From: Malacoraja senta
Lineage: Eukaryota
Direction: 5' to 3'
NCBI GenBank assembly: GCA_038087875.1
Contig: JAXLNO010000083.1
Span: forward strand, 1 to 56,102
Length of the DNA stretch: 56,102 nt
Within the stretch, counting starts at the first letter, position 1. Each line of letters starts with the position of its first letter. Shown in pieces: positions 1 to 11,634 of this stretch. The notes beneath the pieces were generated by a model that had not been told where the DNA came from, made no database searches, and worked only from the letters and a program-made list of their open reading frames with translations. A program made the position numbers and the translations under genes.

Positions 1-71
1 AACAGTTTCTGATAAGCCGTGCAATAAATAGGCGATTCCTTGGGCTCGGTTGGACCAGGCACCACACAGGG

Positions 72-192
72 CTCCTAGTGTGTAGGATGCAAAACTGGGA
101 TAACATAGAACTAGTGTACGGGTGATCGTTGGTCGGTGTGGGCCCTGGTGTGGTCGAAGGGCCCCCTTTCCACACTGTATCTCTAAACTAAA
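72..192 (+). mobile_element. HE1/V-SINE-type SINE, 3' portion
   Basis: Matches the 3' half of the other SINE copies here (gggataacatagaactagtgt...gaagggcc...tgtatctctaaactaaa). Confidence 0.7.
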
Positions 193-471
193 TCGTAATT
201 CCTTTCTCACAGCACCGCAGTTGGTCCTGCACCTTTAAGAGAGTAAAACATCTCCGATTTACAAATGATTTCTAACTTTTTGAATACAAATAACAAACAC
301 CTCTAAAGTGATTTGACCCACACGTGTCCTTCCCTTGCTTTACCGCTGTGCACTTGACAAAATCCATTGCTCTTTAGCATCCTCGTTATTGATATGCATG
401 CTGCTGAGAGATGAATGAGTTGTGCTACTGGAGTTATGTGGAATGCATATAGAAAATCAGGCACCACTTTA

Positions 472-1265
472 GGCGGCACAGTGGCTCAGCAGTAGAGTTG
501 CTGCCAGGGATCAGGGTTTGAACCCGACTAAGGGTGTTGTCTGTACGGAGTTTGTACGTTCACCATGTAACCAAATTTGAGCCTCATATCTGAGGAAGGA
601 TGTGCTGGCTGTGCCGAGGGTCCAGACGAGGTTTGCAAGAATGATTCCAGGAATGAGTGGCTTAGCATATGATGAGTGTTTGACAGCACCGGGCCTCTAC
701 TCGCTTGTGTTTAGAAGGTTGAGGGGGGACCTCATTAAAGCTTACAGAATAATGAAAGGCATAGATAGAGTGGATGTAGAAAGGATGTTTCCACTGGTGG
801 GAGAGTCTAGGACCAGAGGTCATAGCCTCAGAATTAAAGGGCTCTCTTGTAGAAAGGAGATGAGGAGGAACTTTTTTAGTCAGAGGGTAGTTAATCTGTG
901 GAACTCATTGCCACAGAGGGCTGTGAAGGCCAAGTCAATGGATATTTTTAAGGCAGAGATAGACAAATTCTTGATTAGAATGGGTGTCTAGGGTTATGGA
1001 GATAAGACAGGAAAATGGGATTAGGAGGCAGAGATCAGCCTTGATTGAATGGCCTAATGGCCCAATTATATACTCCTATAAAGTTAATTTATGACCGCGT
1101 GGGTTTCCTCTGGGTGCTGTGGTTTCCTCCCACCTTCCACGTTTGTAGGTTAATTGCCCCAAGTGTGTAGGATAGAACTAGTGTACAGGTCATCGCAGGT
1201 CGGCACAGATCTGGTGGGCCGAAGGGCCTGTATCCATGCTGTATCTTTGAAAATATAACTAAATC
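472..1265 (+). mobile_element. HE1/V-SINE-type SINE split by a CR1 fragment
   Basis: tRNA-like head with A/B-box-like motifs at 472-570. The body resumes at ~1092 (gaccgcgtgggtttcctc) and ends in an actaa tail. Confidence 0.75.
576..1091 (+). mobile_element. CR1 LINE, 5'-truncated 3' end
   Basis: ORF 602-991 carries the CR1 ORF2 C-terminal motifs (RRLRGDLI, RTRGHSL, FFSQRVVNLWNSLP) and is followed by the CR1 3' UTR. Confidence 0.9.
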
Positions 1266-1829
1266 TAAGAAATATGTTAGCTGAGGCTCCTTGCTGGACT
1301 GCATGACTTGCTATAAATAAACAAGAAAGATCCTGGCAAATGGGGTCTTGCTCAGTTATAAACCCCGATTAATATGGAGGAGTTGGACTGAAGGTTCTGT
1401 TTATTGTGTTGTGTGACTCCACAATCCTAACCTTTGTTGCAGTGGAAGAGGTGCCTTTATGTTTAACAGAGCTAAAAACCCCCAGATCTGTGCCATAGAG
1501 TTTCAGAACCTTTAACTAGGTTGTTGCTTAAATAAGAATATAACCAGGAATAGGCCATGAGTTCCCTGGAGCCTGCTGCCTAAATATTGGTCCATCCTGT
1601 GCCTCGAGTATTCCTCTCTGATTCCTCTATTGTCTGATTCCCTCAGTGTTCAAGCATCTATTAATTTTGGCTTTAGTGGATTAAAGTGTTGAGTATCCAC
1701 AGCCTTCCAAAGATTTGCTGACTGCTGAGCAATGAGATTCTCCTCATCCTTGCCCGCACAAGCCGATCCCTTACTCTCTGAAGCTTCTGCAAGGTCTCGA
1801 CCTGAAAAATTAACCATCCAAACCAAATC

Positions 1830-2315
1830 AACAACTAGAGAGCAGTCCTGAGCTACCATCTACCTCATTGGAGATCCTTAGGTGCCCAGACCATCAACGC
1901 AGATGAACCTCCCTTCCATTGACTCCATCTACACTTCACGCTGCCTCGGCAAGGCCACCAGCATAATCAAGGACCAGTCTCACCCCGGATGCTCCCTCTT
2001 CTCCCCTCTCCCACCAGGCAAGAGGTACAGAAGTGAGAAAATGCACACCTCTAGATTCAGGGACAGTTTCTTCCCAGCTCTTATCAGGCAAGTACCAACA
2101 ACTAGAGAGAGGTCCTGAGCTACTATCTACTTCATTGGAGATCTTCAATCAAACTTTACTGTATTTTATCTTGCACTAAACATTATTCCCTTTTTTTCCC
2201 TCCATCTGTACACTATAGATGGCTCGATTGTAATCATGTATTGTCATTCCGCTGATTGGTCAGCATGCAACAAAATCTTTTCACTGAACCCTCGGTACAG
2301 GTGGCAATAAACTAA
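1830..2315 (+). mobile_element. Rex1/Babar LINE 3' end
   Basis: ORF 1882-2118 (LPSIDSIYTSRCLGKA...HPG..LF.PLP.GKRYRS...SFFP) plus 3' UTR ending caataaactaa. The tail resumes at 4493-4513. Confidence 0.8.
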
Positions 2316-4492
2316 TTTTTAAAAACTTATTAGAAGTACATTAAATTACAATCAATTACATTAATACACACCACGTATATCTTATTACATTTAATGTACT
2401 CCTTCATTTTTTAAAGCTATTAAAAAAAGGTTGACATTGAGAAGAAAGAGAAAGTGAAAGAAAATAGTGATAGTGTAAAAGCGTGTCAAAAGGAAAGAAG
2501 AAAGACCCTGTAGACGAGAAATTAGAGAAAGGAGATTAATAGATAGACCCTAGGAAAGAAAAAAGAGAAAGAAGAAAAAAGAGAAAAACAGATACTCTAT
2601 TATGAACATCTCGCAAAAGGGATATACCAGCTCGCCACCTTTCATCCCCCTTTACCAAGTCCTGACATCGGTACCTTTTTAAAGTACTGTTGCACCTTAT
2701 GCTTGTAGTAGTTCTATAAATGAAGACCACGTCCTATGGAAGTGATTTGCCTGCCAGGAGGAGTCTTATCTCTTCCAGGTGTATTGTTTCAAACATATTT
2801 GAAATCCACATGTTTATTGTTGGTATAGGAGCATTTTTCCAGAATTTTAGAATAAGCTTTTTTCCAGTTATTAACCCGTAATCAAATAGGTTATTTTGAA
2901 ACACATTTAGTTCAGGGCTACCTTCCATTGTTCCAAAGATAATCCATTCTGCTTTTGGTATCAGTTTTATTTTAAATAATTTTGTAAAGATTTCAAAAAT
3001 TTCAATCCAAAATTTTTGAATTTTTGTACAAAAGACAAATGAATGCGCTATAGTAGCTTCTTGAGACTGACATTTATCACAGATAGGTGATACGTTGGGA
3101 TTTTTTTAAACTAATTTTGGTTTTTGAGTAGTATAATCTGTGTAAAATTTTGAATTGAATTAAAGTGTGTCTTACATTAATCGAGCATTTGTGCACATTT
3201 AATAAATGTTCATCCCACCTCTCTTGAAATTTTAATAGCTAATTCTTGTTCCCAGTCTCTTCTAATACCTTCCGTTGCTGGTATTTCTACATTTAAAATA
3301 ATATTATACAAATAAGATATTAAGTTTGCTGATTCGGCTTTTGTCTTCATTGCTTCGTCCAGTAAATCTAATGGCATATTATAATAATCTTTTGTATATT
3401 TTTTCAGATAATCACATATTGATTGTTTCCCAGATTATATTTTAGTTGTAATTGTTGGAATGATAGTAATTTTCCAGTTTCATACAAGTCTCCGAGCGTT
3501 TTAATTCCTAATCTTTCCCATTGTATAAATGATTTGTCTATAATGGAGGGTTTAAACGAAGGGTTATTAACTATTGGAGATAAGAGCGATAGAGTTCTTA
3601 ATTTTAAATTATGTTTTATTTGTTTCCAAGTTCTAATTGTACTATGTATAATTGGATTTTTGTTATAGTTTGTGTTATTCAACTTCATTGGTGAGAGGAG
3701 GATCGCTCCAATATTACAAGGGGAGCAGTCCTCTCTCTCCATTATAATCCAATCCACCTGCTGGGCAGAGTTGTCCATCAGTTGAATCATATTTTAATAT
3801 TTACTGACCAATAATAGTACATAAAGTTAGGGAGTGCTAAGCCATCTAATACTTTGGGTTTGTTCAAATGTGTTCTTTGTATTCTATGGGATTTATAATC
3901 CCATATAAAATTTGTAATGTCTGAATCCAGTTTGTTTTTAAACTTTTTTGGTAGGTATATAGGAATTGATTGGAATAGGTATAGAATTTGTGGTAAAAAG
4001 ATCATTTTTATAGCATTTATTCGGCCTATTAAAGACATCGGAAGCGTTTTCCAGAATTTAATTAAGGTATTTAATTTCTTAAGTAGAGGATTATAATTTG
4101 CTTTGAACATGGCTTGATATTTTCTGGTGATTTCAATACCCAAGTATTTAAATTTTTCTGTAGCTATTTTAAAAGGGAATTTTAAGAGGTGTGTTGAGTC
4201 TTTCGGTTTTATTGACATAATTTCACTTTTGTTCCAGTTTATTCTGTATCCAGGAAAGGATCCAAAATCCTCAACTAAATTTAATATGTTTGGTATAGTA
4301 ATTTGAGGTTTTGAGATGTACAATAGTATATCATCAGCGTATAAAGATATTTTATTATTTGAATATTTTGGATTATAGCCATGGATATTTGGATGTGTTC
4401 CAAATAATCCGCTAGAGGTTCAATTATAAGAGCAAATAACAGCGGTGATAATGAGCATCCTTGTCTATTACCCCTTGATAATTGGAAAGACA
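2316..4492 (-). mobile_element. L1-clade LINE, 5'-truncated, frameshifted ORF2
   Basis: Minus-strand pieces RGNRQGCSLSPLLF, YADD region, FKYLGIEIT, GRINAIKM and GLALPNF, plus a Cys-rich C-terminus. Exact 12-bp TSD gcaataaactaa at 2304-2315 and 4493-4504. Confidence 0.92.
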
Positions 4493-4694
4493 GCAATAAA
4501 CTAAATTAAACTTAATATTTCTTAATGGGATAGCTTTGTCATCTTTGAAATCAGTTGTTGAACCTTGGATTCATTGGATTGGTACACGTGGCAATAATGA
4601 ACTGAACTGATACCTTTTGATATGGTCACCAGCTCTTTACCCAATACCAAATTAATACTGTGCTGTTTGATAGTGGCAAATAACTATGATTCAT

Positions 4695-5345
4695 AGAACA
4701 CAGACCAGTTCAGCACAGGAACAGGCCATTTGGCCCACACTGTCCATGCTGAACATGATGCCAAGTTCAAACCAATCTCCTCTGCCTGCACTTGATCCAA
4801 TCACTCCATTCCCTGCACTTCCATTTGCCTATCCAAAAGCCTCTTTAATGCCTTTATCACATCTGCCTCCACCACCACCACTGGTAGCACATTCCAAGTA
4901 CCCGCCCCCCCCCCCCCCACTTGTTTAAAGAAAATTTGCCCCTCTCACCTTAAAGCTACCCTGGGAAGTTCTGACTGTTCACCCTATCTATGCCTCTCAT
5001 AATGTTATATACTTGTATCAGGTACCCCTTCAACATCCAACATTCCAGAGAAAACAATCCAAGTTTGCCCAGCCTCTCCTTGTAACTACTACCCTCTAAT
5101 CCAGGCAGCATTCTGATGAATCTCCTCTGTAACCATTCCAAAGCCTCCACATCTTTCTTGCAATGGGGCGACCAGAAGTGCACACAATATTCCAAATGCA
5201 GCCCAACAAAAGTCCAACAAAGGTGCAACATGACTTCATGACTCTAGTATTATCCTGACATATGACTTCAAGCTTACGATATGTTTTGTTTAGCACTCTA
5301 TCTATTTGTGTTGCCACCATCAGAGAGCTATGGACTTGGACCTCA
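4695..5345 (-). mobile_element. Degraded CR1 LINE 3' fragment
   Basis: ORF 4956-5231 (HLEYCVHFWSPH...LGLFSLE) plus CR1-like 3' UTR. Confidence 0.8.
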
Positions 5346-5412
5346 AGATTGATCCTCTGAGGTGTGTACAGTTGTCAATCATTGTTTCCTTCTCTGATTG
5401 TCTGATCTTCTG

Positions 5413-5703
5413 AGTTTAGTTTAGAGATGCAGCGTGGAAACAGGCCTACCGGCTGACCCTGTCTGCTCTGACCAATGATCACCCCGTACACTTGTTCTAT
5501 CCGACACACTAGGACCAATTATCCTGCACATCATTGGAATGTGGGAGGAAACCGGAGCACCCAGAGAAAACCGACGCGGTCACAGGGTGAATGTCCAAAC
5601 CTGAATGTACAAACTCCATACAGACAGCATCCATGGTCAGGATCGAACCCAGGTCTTGGGTGCTGTAAGGCAGCAACTCTACTGCTAACCCATTGTGCCG
5701 CCC
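5413..5703 (-). mobile_element. HE1/V-SINE-type SINE
   Basis: Reverse complement of the SINE consensus seen in this window, from the (tttag)n tail to the tRNA head. Confidence 0.85.
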
Positions 5704-6009
5704 ATGCGCATTTGAGCATTTCCATTAATTTCCACTTCTGCTTGGAGTGCATGTCGAGCATTCTGTTTTAACAATATCTTTTTATTCCGTTAATGGATTA
5801 TTTAATGTGCATCATAGCTAACTGCATATTAGGATTGTAAAAATGGAATGTGGTTTTGTTGAAGATAGTTGCAGATGAGCCATTAATGGAGAACACAAAA
5901 ATGGCAGACTTCTTAAATAAGGAGTCTGAGCGAGGAGGATAAAATAGCAGTGGCACAAGAGAACATAAAAAAATGAATCAGGATGAACAACTTGGTGAAT
6001 TTAATACAT

Positions 6010-6357
6010 AAGTCAAGTCAAGTCAAGTCACATTTATTTATATAGCACATTTAAAAAACAACTCTCATTGGCCAAAGTGCTTTACATTTGTTATAAGAAT
6101 AGTATAAACAAACAAACTACATACATATATACATATAGCCCCCACTCAGAGGATGTCAAGAAAGGCTTGGGAGTATAGATACATTTTTAGTCTTGACTTA
6201 AAGGAGTCGATGGAGGGGGCAGTTCTGATGGGAAGGGAGATGCTGTTCCACAGTCTAGGAGCTGCAATCGCAAAGGCGCGGTCGCCCCTGAGCTTATGCC
6301 TAGACCGCGGGATATTCAGCAACCCCAAGTCGGCCGATCTGAGGGACCTGGAGTGGT
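6010..6357 (-). mobile_element. L2 LINE 3' end
   Basis: Minus-strand translation RSLRS..LL.IPR...GDRAFAIAAPRLWNS..FKSRLK is typical of the L2 C-terminus. (CAAGT)n tail at 6010-6030. Confidence 0.85.
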
Positions 6358-6689
6358 GTAAGGAAAAAAACAATGAAAACATAACGTGGTGTAAATGAAA
6401 TGTTGCTGCCGGTTCTGATGCTTTCCACCAGAGAATAGCAAAATAACTGAGAGGAAATTGTAGATGTATTGGTCTTAATTTTCCAACGTCTACATTACCA
6501 GAATATATCATCAGACAGACTGAACGGTGCTCAAGTAGAGTGTGAGGAAAGTTCTCGATCAGATATGTCACCTATCCTTTTTCTCCAGAGATGCTGCCTG
6601 ACCCACTGAGTTACTCCAGCATTTTGTGTCTATCTATGGCGCTCACGTAGGTCACAGGATATCAAAATGTTGCACATGGCTAACCAGTG

Positions 6690-7520
6690 TTGTTGGTGAG
6701 GCCGCACTTGTATTGTGTTCAGTTCCTGCTATAGGAAAAGATGCCCATCGGAAAGATGCCTTGCTACAGTGGAGATACCCTGCTATAATAGGGATAATCT
6801 GCTAGAGGAATAATGCCGAGATCTGGTAGAGATGCCCTGTTATTGCGAGATGCCCTGTTTTAGTAGAGATGCCCTGCGGTAAGAAAGATGCCCAGCTATC
6901 GTAATGCCCAGCTATAGTAATGTCCTGCTATATGAGAGATACCCTGCTGCAGTAGAGTTAATCTGCCATGGGAAAGATGCCCTGCTATAGAGAGATGCCC
7001 AGGTGTAGTAGAGATCCCTGCTATAGGAAAGATGACCTGTTATAGTAGAGATACCCCGCTATAGGAAAGGTGCCCATAAGGTGGAAAGAATGCAGAGAAG
7101 ATTTACCAGGATGTTGCCAGGATTCAAGGGCCTGAGTAATAGTGAGAGTTTGGGCGACTAAGACTTTATTCCTTGGAGTGTTGGAATGCGAAGCATAGAT
7201 CCGCTGAAAGTACACAATCTTTTTTTTCCCCAGGGTAGGTCAATCAAGAACCAGAGGACAGGTTTAAGGTGAGAGGAGGAAAAATTGAATAGGAGCCCGA
7301 GGGGCAACTTTTTAACACAGAGGGTGATGGTATACGGAACGAGCTGCCAGAGTAAGTGGTTGAGGCAGGTACTACAGCAACATTTATAATAAGTACAGGT
7401 ACATCGATATGGAAGGTTTAGAGAGACGTGGGCCAAATGCAGGCTAATGGGACTGACTTGGATGGGGCATCTTCAGATGCGTTGGGCCAAAGAGCCTGTT
7501 TCATGCTGTATGACTCTATT
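6690..7520 (+). mobile_element. Degraded CR1 3' fragment containing a minisatellite
   Basis: CR1 ORF2 sequence (ttggtgaggccgcacttg...tattgtgttcagtt) lies before the array. CR1 sequence continues after it (aagaatgcagagaagatttaccagg) through to the 3' UTR. Confidence 0.8.
6725..7070. repeat. Degenerate ~18-21 bp minisatellite (agagatgccctgctatag-like)
   Basis: Repeated gatgccctg/ctgctatag units can be read directly. Confidence 0.85.
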
Positions 7521-7626
7521 GTTGAGCTTTTGAGGAGATCCCACAAGAAAACCATTGGCATGTTCCAGGTTTCATTGATAAGATTCTGCATGGTAACCTT
7601 TTATCAAAGATGAAAAAATTGGGATT

Positions 7627-7880
7627 TATTTAGTTTAGTTCAGAGATACTGCATGGAAACAGGCCCTTCAACCCAGTGAGTCCATGTCAACCATCAATCA
7701 CTTGTTCACACTGGGTCATCCCACTTTCTCATCCACTCCCTACACATTAGGGGTGATCTTAGAGGCCAGTTAACCTACAAACCTGCACGTCTTTGGAATG
7801 TTGTAGGAAACAGGAGCACCCAGAGGAAATTGACGTGGTCCTAGGGAAAACTTGCAAGCTCCACACAAACAGTCAGGATC
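7627..7880 (-). mobile_element. HE1/V-SINE-type SINE (5' truncated)
   Basis: Similar to the other copies, with a (tttag)n tail. Confidence 0.8.
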
Positions 7881-7986
7881 GAACGTGAACTCATCTTACT
7901 TCATGAGTTGGTACGTAATTGTTAGAGACACAGAATGAGATAAAAGACAGTGAGCAGGGGTAACAATTTTCTGTATGTAAGGTAAA

Positions 7987-8508
7987 GGGGCTGTCCCACT
8001 GCGGCGACCTAATTGGCGAGTTTAGAAGAGCTTAGGAGAGTTTGAAAAAGTGTCATGTTGAAGACCTCCTTCGACCCCCTTCGACTATGTTGAAGACTAG
8101 CTTCGACTAGCTTCAACTAGCTTTAGGAAAATTGGACACCGAATAGTGGAGAGTGAAGATGACCTTCAATCTCCTTCGACCTCCCTTCGACTATGTTGAA
8201 GACTATCTACGACTACCTTCGACTATCCTCGGTTACCTACGAATAACATGCCGACCTACCACGACCTACTTCGACTAAACCTAGGAGTAAAAAAAATATG
8301 GCGACCTTTTTTTACTCGCGGGCATTTTTCAGCAGGTTGAAAAATACGCCGCAACCTAGCTGAGGCCTCGAGTACGCGGGGACTACTCTCAAGCATGAAG
8401 GAGAGTTACAAAGACCTCCAAGGACCTTGTGTCAACCATGCTGCGTGTATGAGTCGAGGGCAAATTCTTCTAAACTCGCCAAGTAGGTCGCCGCAGTGGG
8501 ACAGCCCC
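7987..8508. mobile_element. Non-autonomous DNA transposon (MITE), PIF/Harbinger-like
   Basis: 43-bp terminal inverted repeats with 1 mismatch (ggggctgtcccactgcggcgacct...), flanked by taaa on both sides. Internal cttcgacta-type repeats, no ORF. The superfamily is inferred. Confidence 0.88.
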
Positions 8509-8907
8509 TAAAGTCGCGTTCTGCAGGGATTACACAGAGGTCTCAACCTTTCAACATAAAACTTGTAAATAACTGCAAGAGCGCTGTATATCTGCATTTC
8601 CTGGTGACACCAAAGCAGAACAAATAGTGCAAATGGGAGCTGCAAGTTACACAGAAGATAAACATTATGAGATAATTTGCAGCAGGCCGAGCTGAACATG
8701 GAGTATTTCAAGGTTATCTACTTCAGATTGAATAAAATGAAAATTAAAATGTTCCCAACAGAACAAGACAATGATCTTTGGTGGAGCATAAAGATTTAAA
8801 TGTCCATGTGCACAAAACAGTAAAAATCAGTGCAAAGATCCTACCTTTATTCTGAAACGATATGGGATATTGGGCTTTATCTTAACATAGAGGAGTATAA
8901 TGGCATA

Positions 8908-9008
8908 TCATCAGTCTGAAGAAGGGTTTCGGCCCGAAACGTTGCCTATTTCCTTCGCTCCCTGGATACTGCTGCACCCGCTGTGTTTCTCCAGCATTTT
9001 TGTCTACC
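8908..9008 (+). mobile_element. Short Penelope-derived unit headed by a hammerhead-like motif
   Basis: Exact 12-bp TSD tataatggcata at 8896-8907 and 9009-9020. Same sequence family as the Penelope 3' end at 19341-19437. Confidence 0.85.
8912..8946 (+). ncRNA. Minimal type I hammerhead ribozyme-like core
   Basis: CUGAAGA (8916-8922), stem II GGGU-UUCG-GCCC, GAAAC-GUU. This matches the minimal hammerheads described in Penelope-like elements. Activity not shown. Confidence 0.65.
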
Positions 9009-9014
9009 TATAAT

Positions 9015-9750
9015 GGCATAGCATTGATAGAGCTGCCGCCTCTCAGCACCAGGGACCCAGGTTCGATCCTGACCTCGGGTGCTGCCTGTGTGGTGTTTGC
9101 ACATTCTCCCTGTGACCACATGGGTATCCTCCAGATCCTCTGGTTTTCTCCCACATCCCAAAGACATGAATTAATAAGTTTATTGGCCAAGTATTTACAT
9201 ACAAGGAATTTGCCTTGGGGTTATTTGGTATCGGACTTGTATGTTTTTTTGGCCTCTGTAAAATTGCCCCTAGGGTGTAGGGAGTGGATGCGAAAGTGGA
9301 ATAACATAGAACTACTGTGAATGGGTGTTTGATGGTCTGCATAGGCTCAGTGGTTCCAAGGGCATGTTTCCATGCTGTAACTCTCAACTAAACTAAATAA
9401 AACATGTGGATGATCAGCCATGATCACATAGAATGGTGGTGCTAGCTCAAAGGGCCAAATGGCCTACTCCTGCACCTATTGTCTATTGACACTAATAGGT
9501 AAGGAGTGGATGCGAAAGTGGGATAACATAGAACTATTGTGGATGGGTGATCGATGGGAAGGCATGGTTTTGGTGGGCCGAAGGGCCTGTCTCCATGCTG
9601 TACCTCTGAACTAAACTAAACTAAAACTTCTCCTAATGGGTAAGGAGTGGATGCGAAAGTAGGATAACATAGAACTAGTGTGAATGGGTAATGGATGGTC
9701 GGTGCAGTCTTGATGGGCCGAAGGGCCTTTTTCCATGCTGTATCTCTTCA
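9015..9750 (+). mobile_element. HE1/V-SINE-type SINE followed by two extra copies of its 3' segment
   Basis: ggagtggatgcgaaagt...gaagggcc...catgctgta occurs at ~9281, ~9502 and ~9644. A CR1 3' tail lies at ~9406-9490. Confidence 0.8.
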
Positions 9751-9861
9751 TAACGGATCATATAAATTGGAACCACTTACTCAAAACTATGTTTTTTCCA
9801 ATGTCAAGTCAAAATGTTTAAGACGAAAATTGATGGATTTCTGTCGGGTAAGGGCTTAATT

Positions 9862-10150
9862 TGTTTAGTTTAGAGGTACAACTAGGAAACGGGCACATCA
9901 GCTTATCGAGTCTGCGCTGACCAACGATCACCCATACACTAGTTCCATCCACATGAGGGACAATTTAGAGTCCAATTAACCTATAAAGTTGCATGTCTAT
10001 GGAATGTGGGAGGAAACTGGAGCACCAGGAGAAAACTCACGTGGACAGGGACAACGTACCTACTCTGTACAGACAGCACCCGTAGTCAGGATTGAACCCA
10101 GGTCTCTGGCGCTGCGAGGCAGCAGCTCTACCACTACGCCACTGTGCCAC
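9862..10150 (-). mobile_element. HE1/V-SINE-type SINE
   Basis: Full head-to-tail match to the other copies. Confidence 0.85.
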
Positions 10151-10430
10151 CCAATTGGCATGGGATCGACATGGATAAAAGGGAGCAGTATCAACTGAGA
10201 TCATATTAAATAACAGAAGATATTTGAGGGCTGAGTCGCATACTACTGTTTGTTTATTAGAGGCCATCAAGTCTTATTTGTAAAGGCCTGTTGTTCAATG
10301 ATGGATTGCAAGAAGCAAATTGATTTCATTATTTCAAGAGCATTTTGTTCTTTTCTTGCTGGAAAGGTATTAATTCAGGTGATTTTTCATTGCAGTAACA
10401 GGAAACAATGTTGTTTGACCTGACTTTGTG

Positions 10431-10530
10431 ATCAGTCTGAAGAAGGGTCTCGACCAAAGTGCCACCCTTTCCTTCTCTCCAGAGATCCTGCCTGTCCCGC
10501 TGAGTTGCTCCTGCATTTTGTGTTTATCTG
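10431..10530 (+). mobile_element. Penelope-derived short unit, degenerate hammerhead
   Basis: cagtctgaagaagggtctcgacc...ctccagagat..ctgcctg..ccgctgagtt; the GAAA box is disrupted. Confidence 0.7.
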
Positions 10531-10591
10531 TGACTTTCTCTTGATGTGATCCAAATTATTGGTGGATATTTACTGGTGGACAATATGACAG

Positions 10592-10850
10592 TAGAAATAT
10601 AGAAACATAGAAAATAGGTGCAGGAGCATGCCATTCAGCCCTTCAAGCCAGCACCGCCATTCAATATGATCATTGTTGAGTATCCAAAATCAATACCCCA
10701 TTCTGGCTTTTTTTCCCCATATCCCTTAATTCCTTTAGCCCTAAGAACTAAATCTAACTCTCTCTTGAAAACATCCAGTGAATTGGCCTCCACTGCCTTC
10801 TGTTGCAGAGAATTCCACAGATTCACAACTCTCGGGGTGAAAAAGCTTTT
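10592..10850 (-). mobile_element. CR1 3' end
   Basis: FFTPRVVNLWNSL...KRELD in ORF 10635-10892, with an (agaaacat)n tail. Confidence 0.85.
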
Positions 10851-11634
10851 CATAGCTTCTAAGAGGATTTTGTTAGGCAGGTGGAAATGCAATGTATAGT
10901 GGGATTTGGATCATGTACAGGCAGATGAGATCAGATTAACTTGGCGTCATGTTTGATGCAAACATTGTGCCGAAGGACCCGTTTCTGTGCTGTACTGTTC
11001 TATGTTCTTTATTTTCAATACTGTTTTGTGAAATGCACCCAAATGTAATAATGTGGCCAGTTTTGAAGCTCGTACAAGTTGTGAAGTTTCTTCTTCAGAA
11101 CATGTTAGGTGGGTATGCTTCTATTATCTGCATTCTGATTTTGATTTCATGAGATGCATCAACTGTCTAGATTTTGTGTTAGGAATCATATCACAACTAG
11201 TTTACAATGTGCTTATTCAGGTCCACTACTGATATTCCGGCACCCCAGCTTCTAGAACCTTGCCGTATCACTCGTTTCGCTGGCCAACAGATCGGCCTCT
11301 GAAGTCGGCTATGGGGCCGGGCTGGAGTTCCGCATGGAGTTTTAGCTTCTGCTTTAACCTTAAGTGTATGTTCTAATCTTCCACTTGTAGTTGATAAATG
11401 TTTAAAAGGTTTGTGAAAAAACAGTGTTTTTTTCTTCCTGATGTTCTCTCTGAGATCATTCTTTCTTGTGATCGGGTGCTTGGCCAGTTTAGTTTGGATT
11501 AGTTTAGAGGTGCAGTATGAAAACAGATCCTGTGGCCCACTGAGTCCACACCGACCATTAGTCACCCAATCATACTAGATCTGTGTTCTCCCACTTTCTC
11601 ATCCACTCCCTGATCTGAGTGTGGTTTGTTGGCC

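Noticed and set aside
6725..7070. CRISPR-like appearance of the regular repeats
   Set aside because: The units are contiguous and degenerate with no unique spacers or cas genes. They derive from CR1 sequence in a vertebrate genome.
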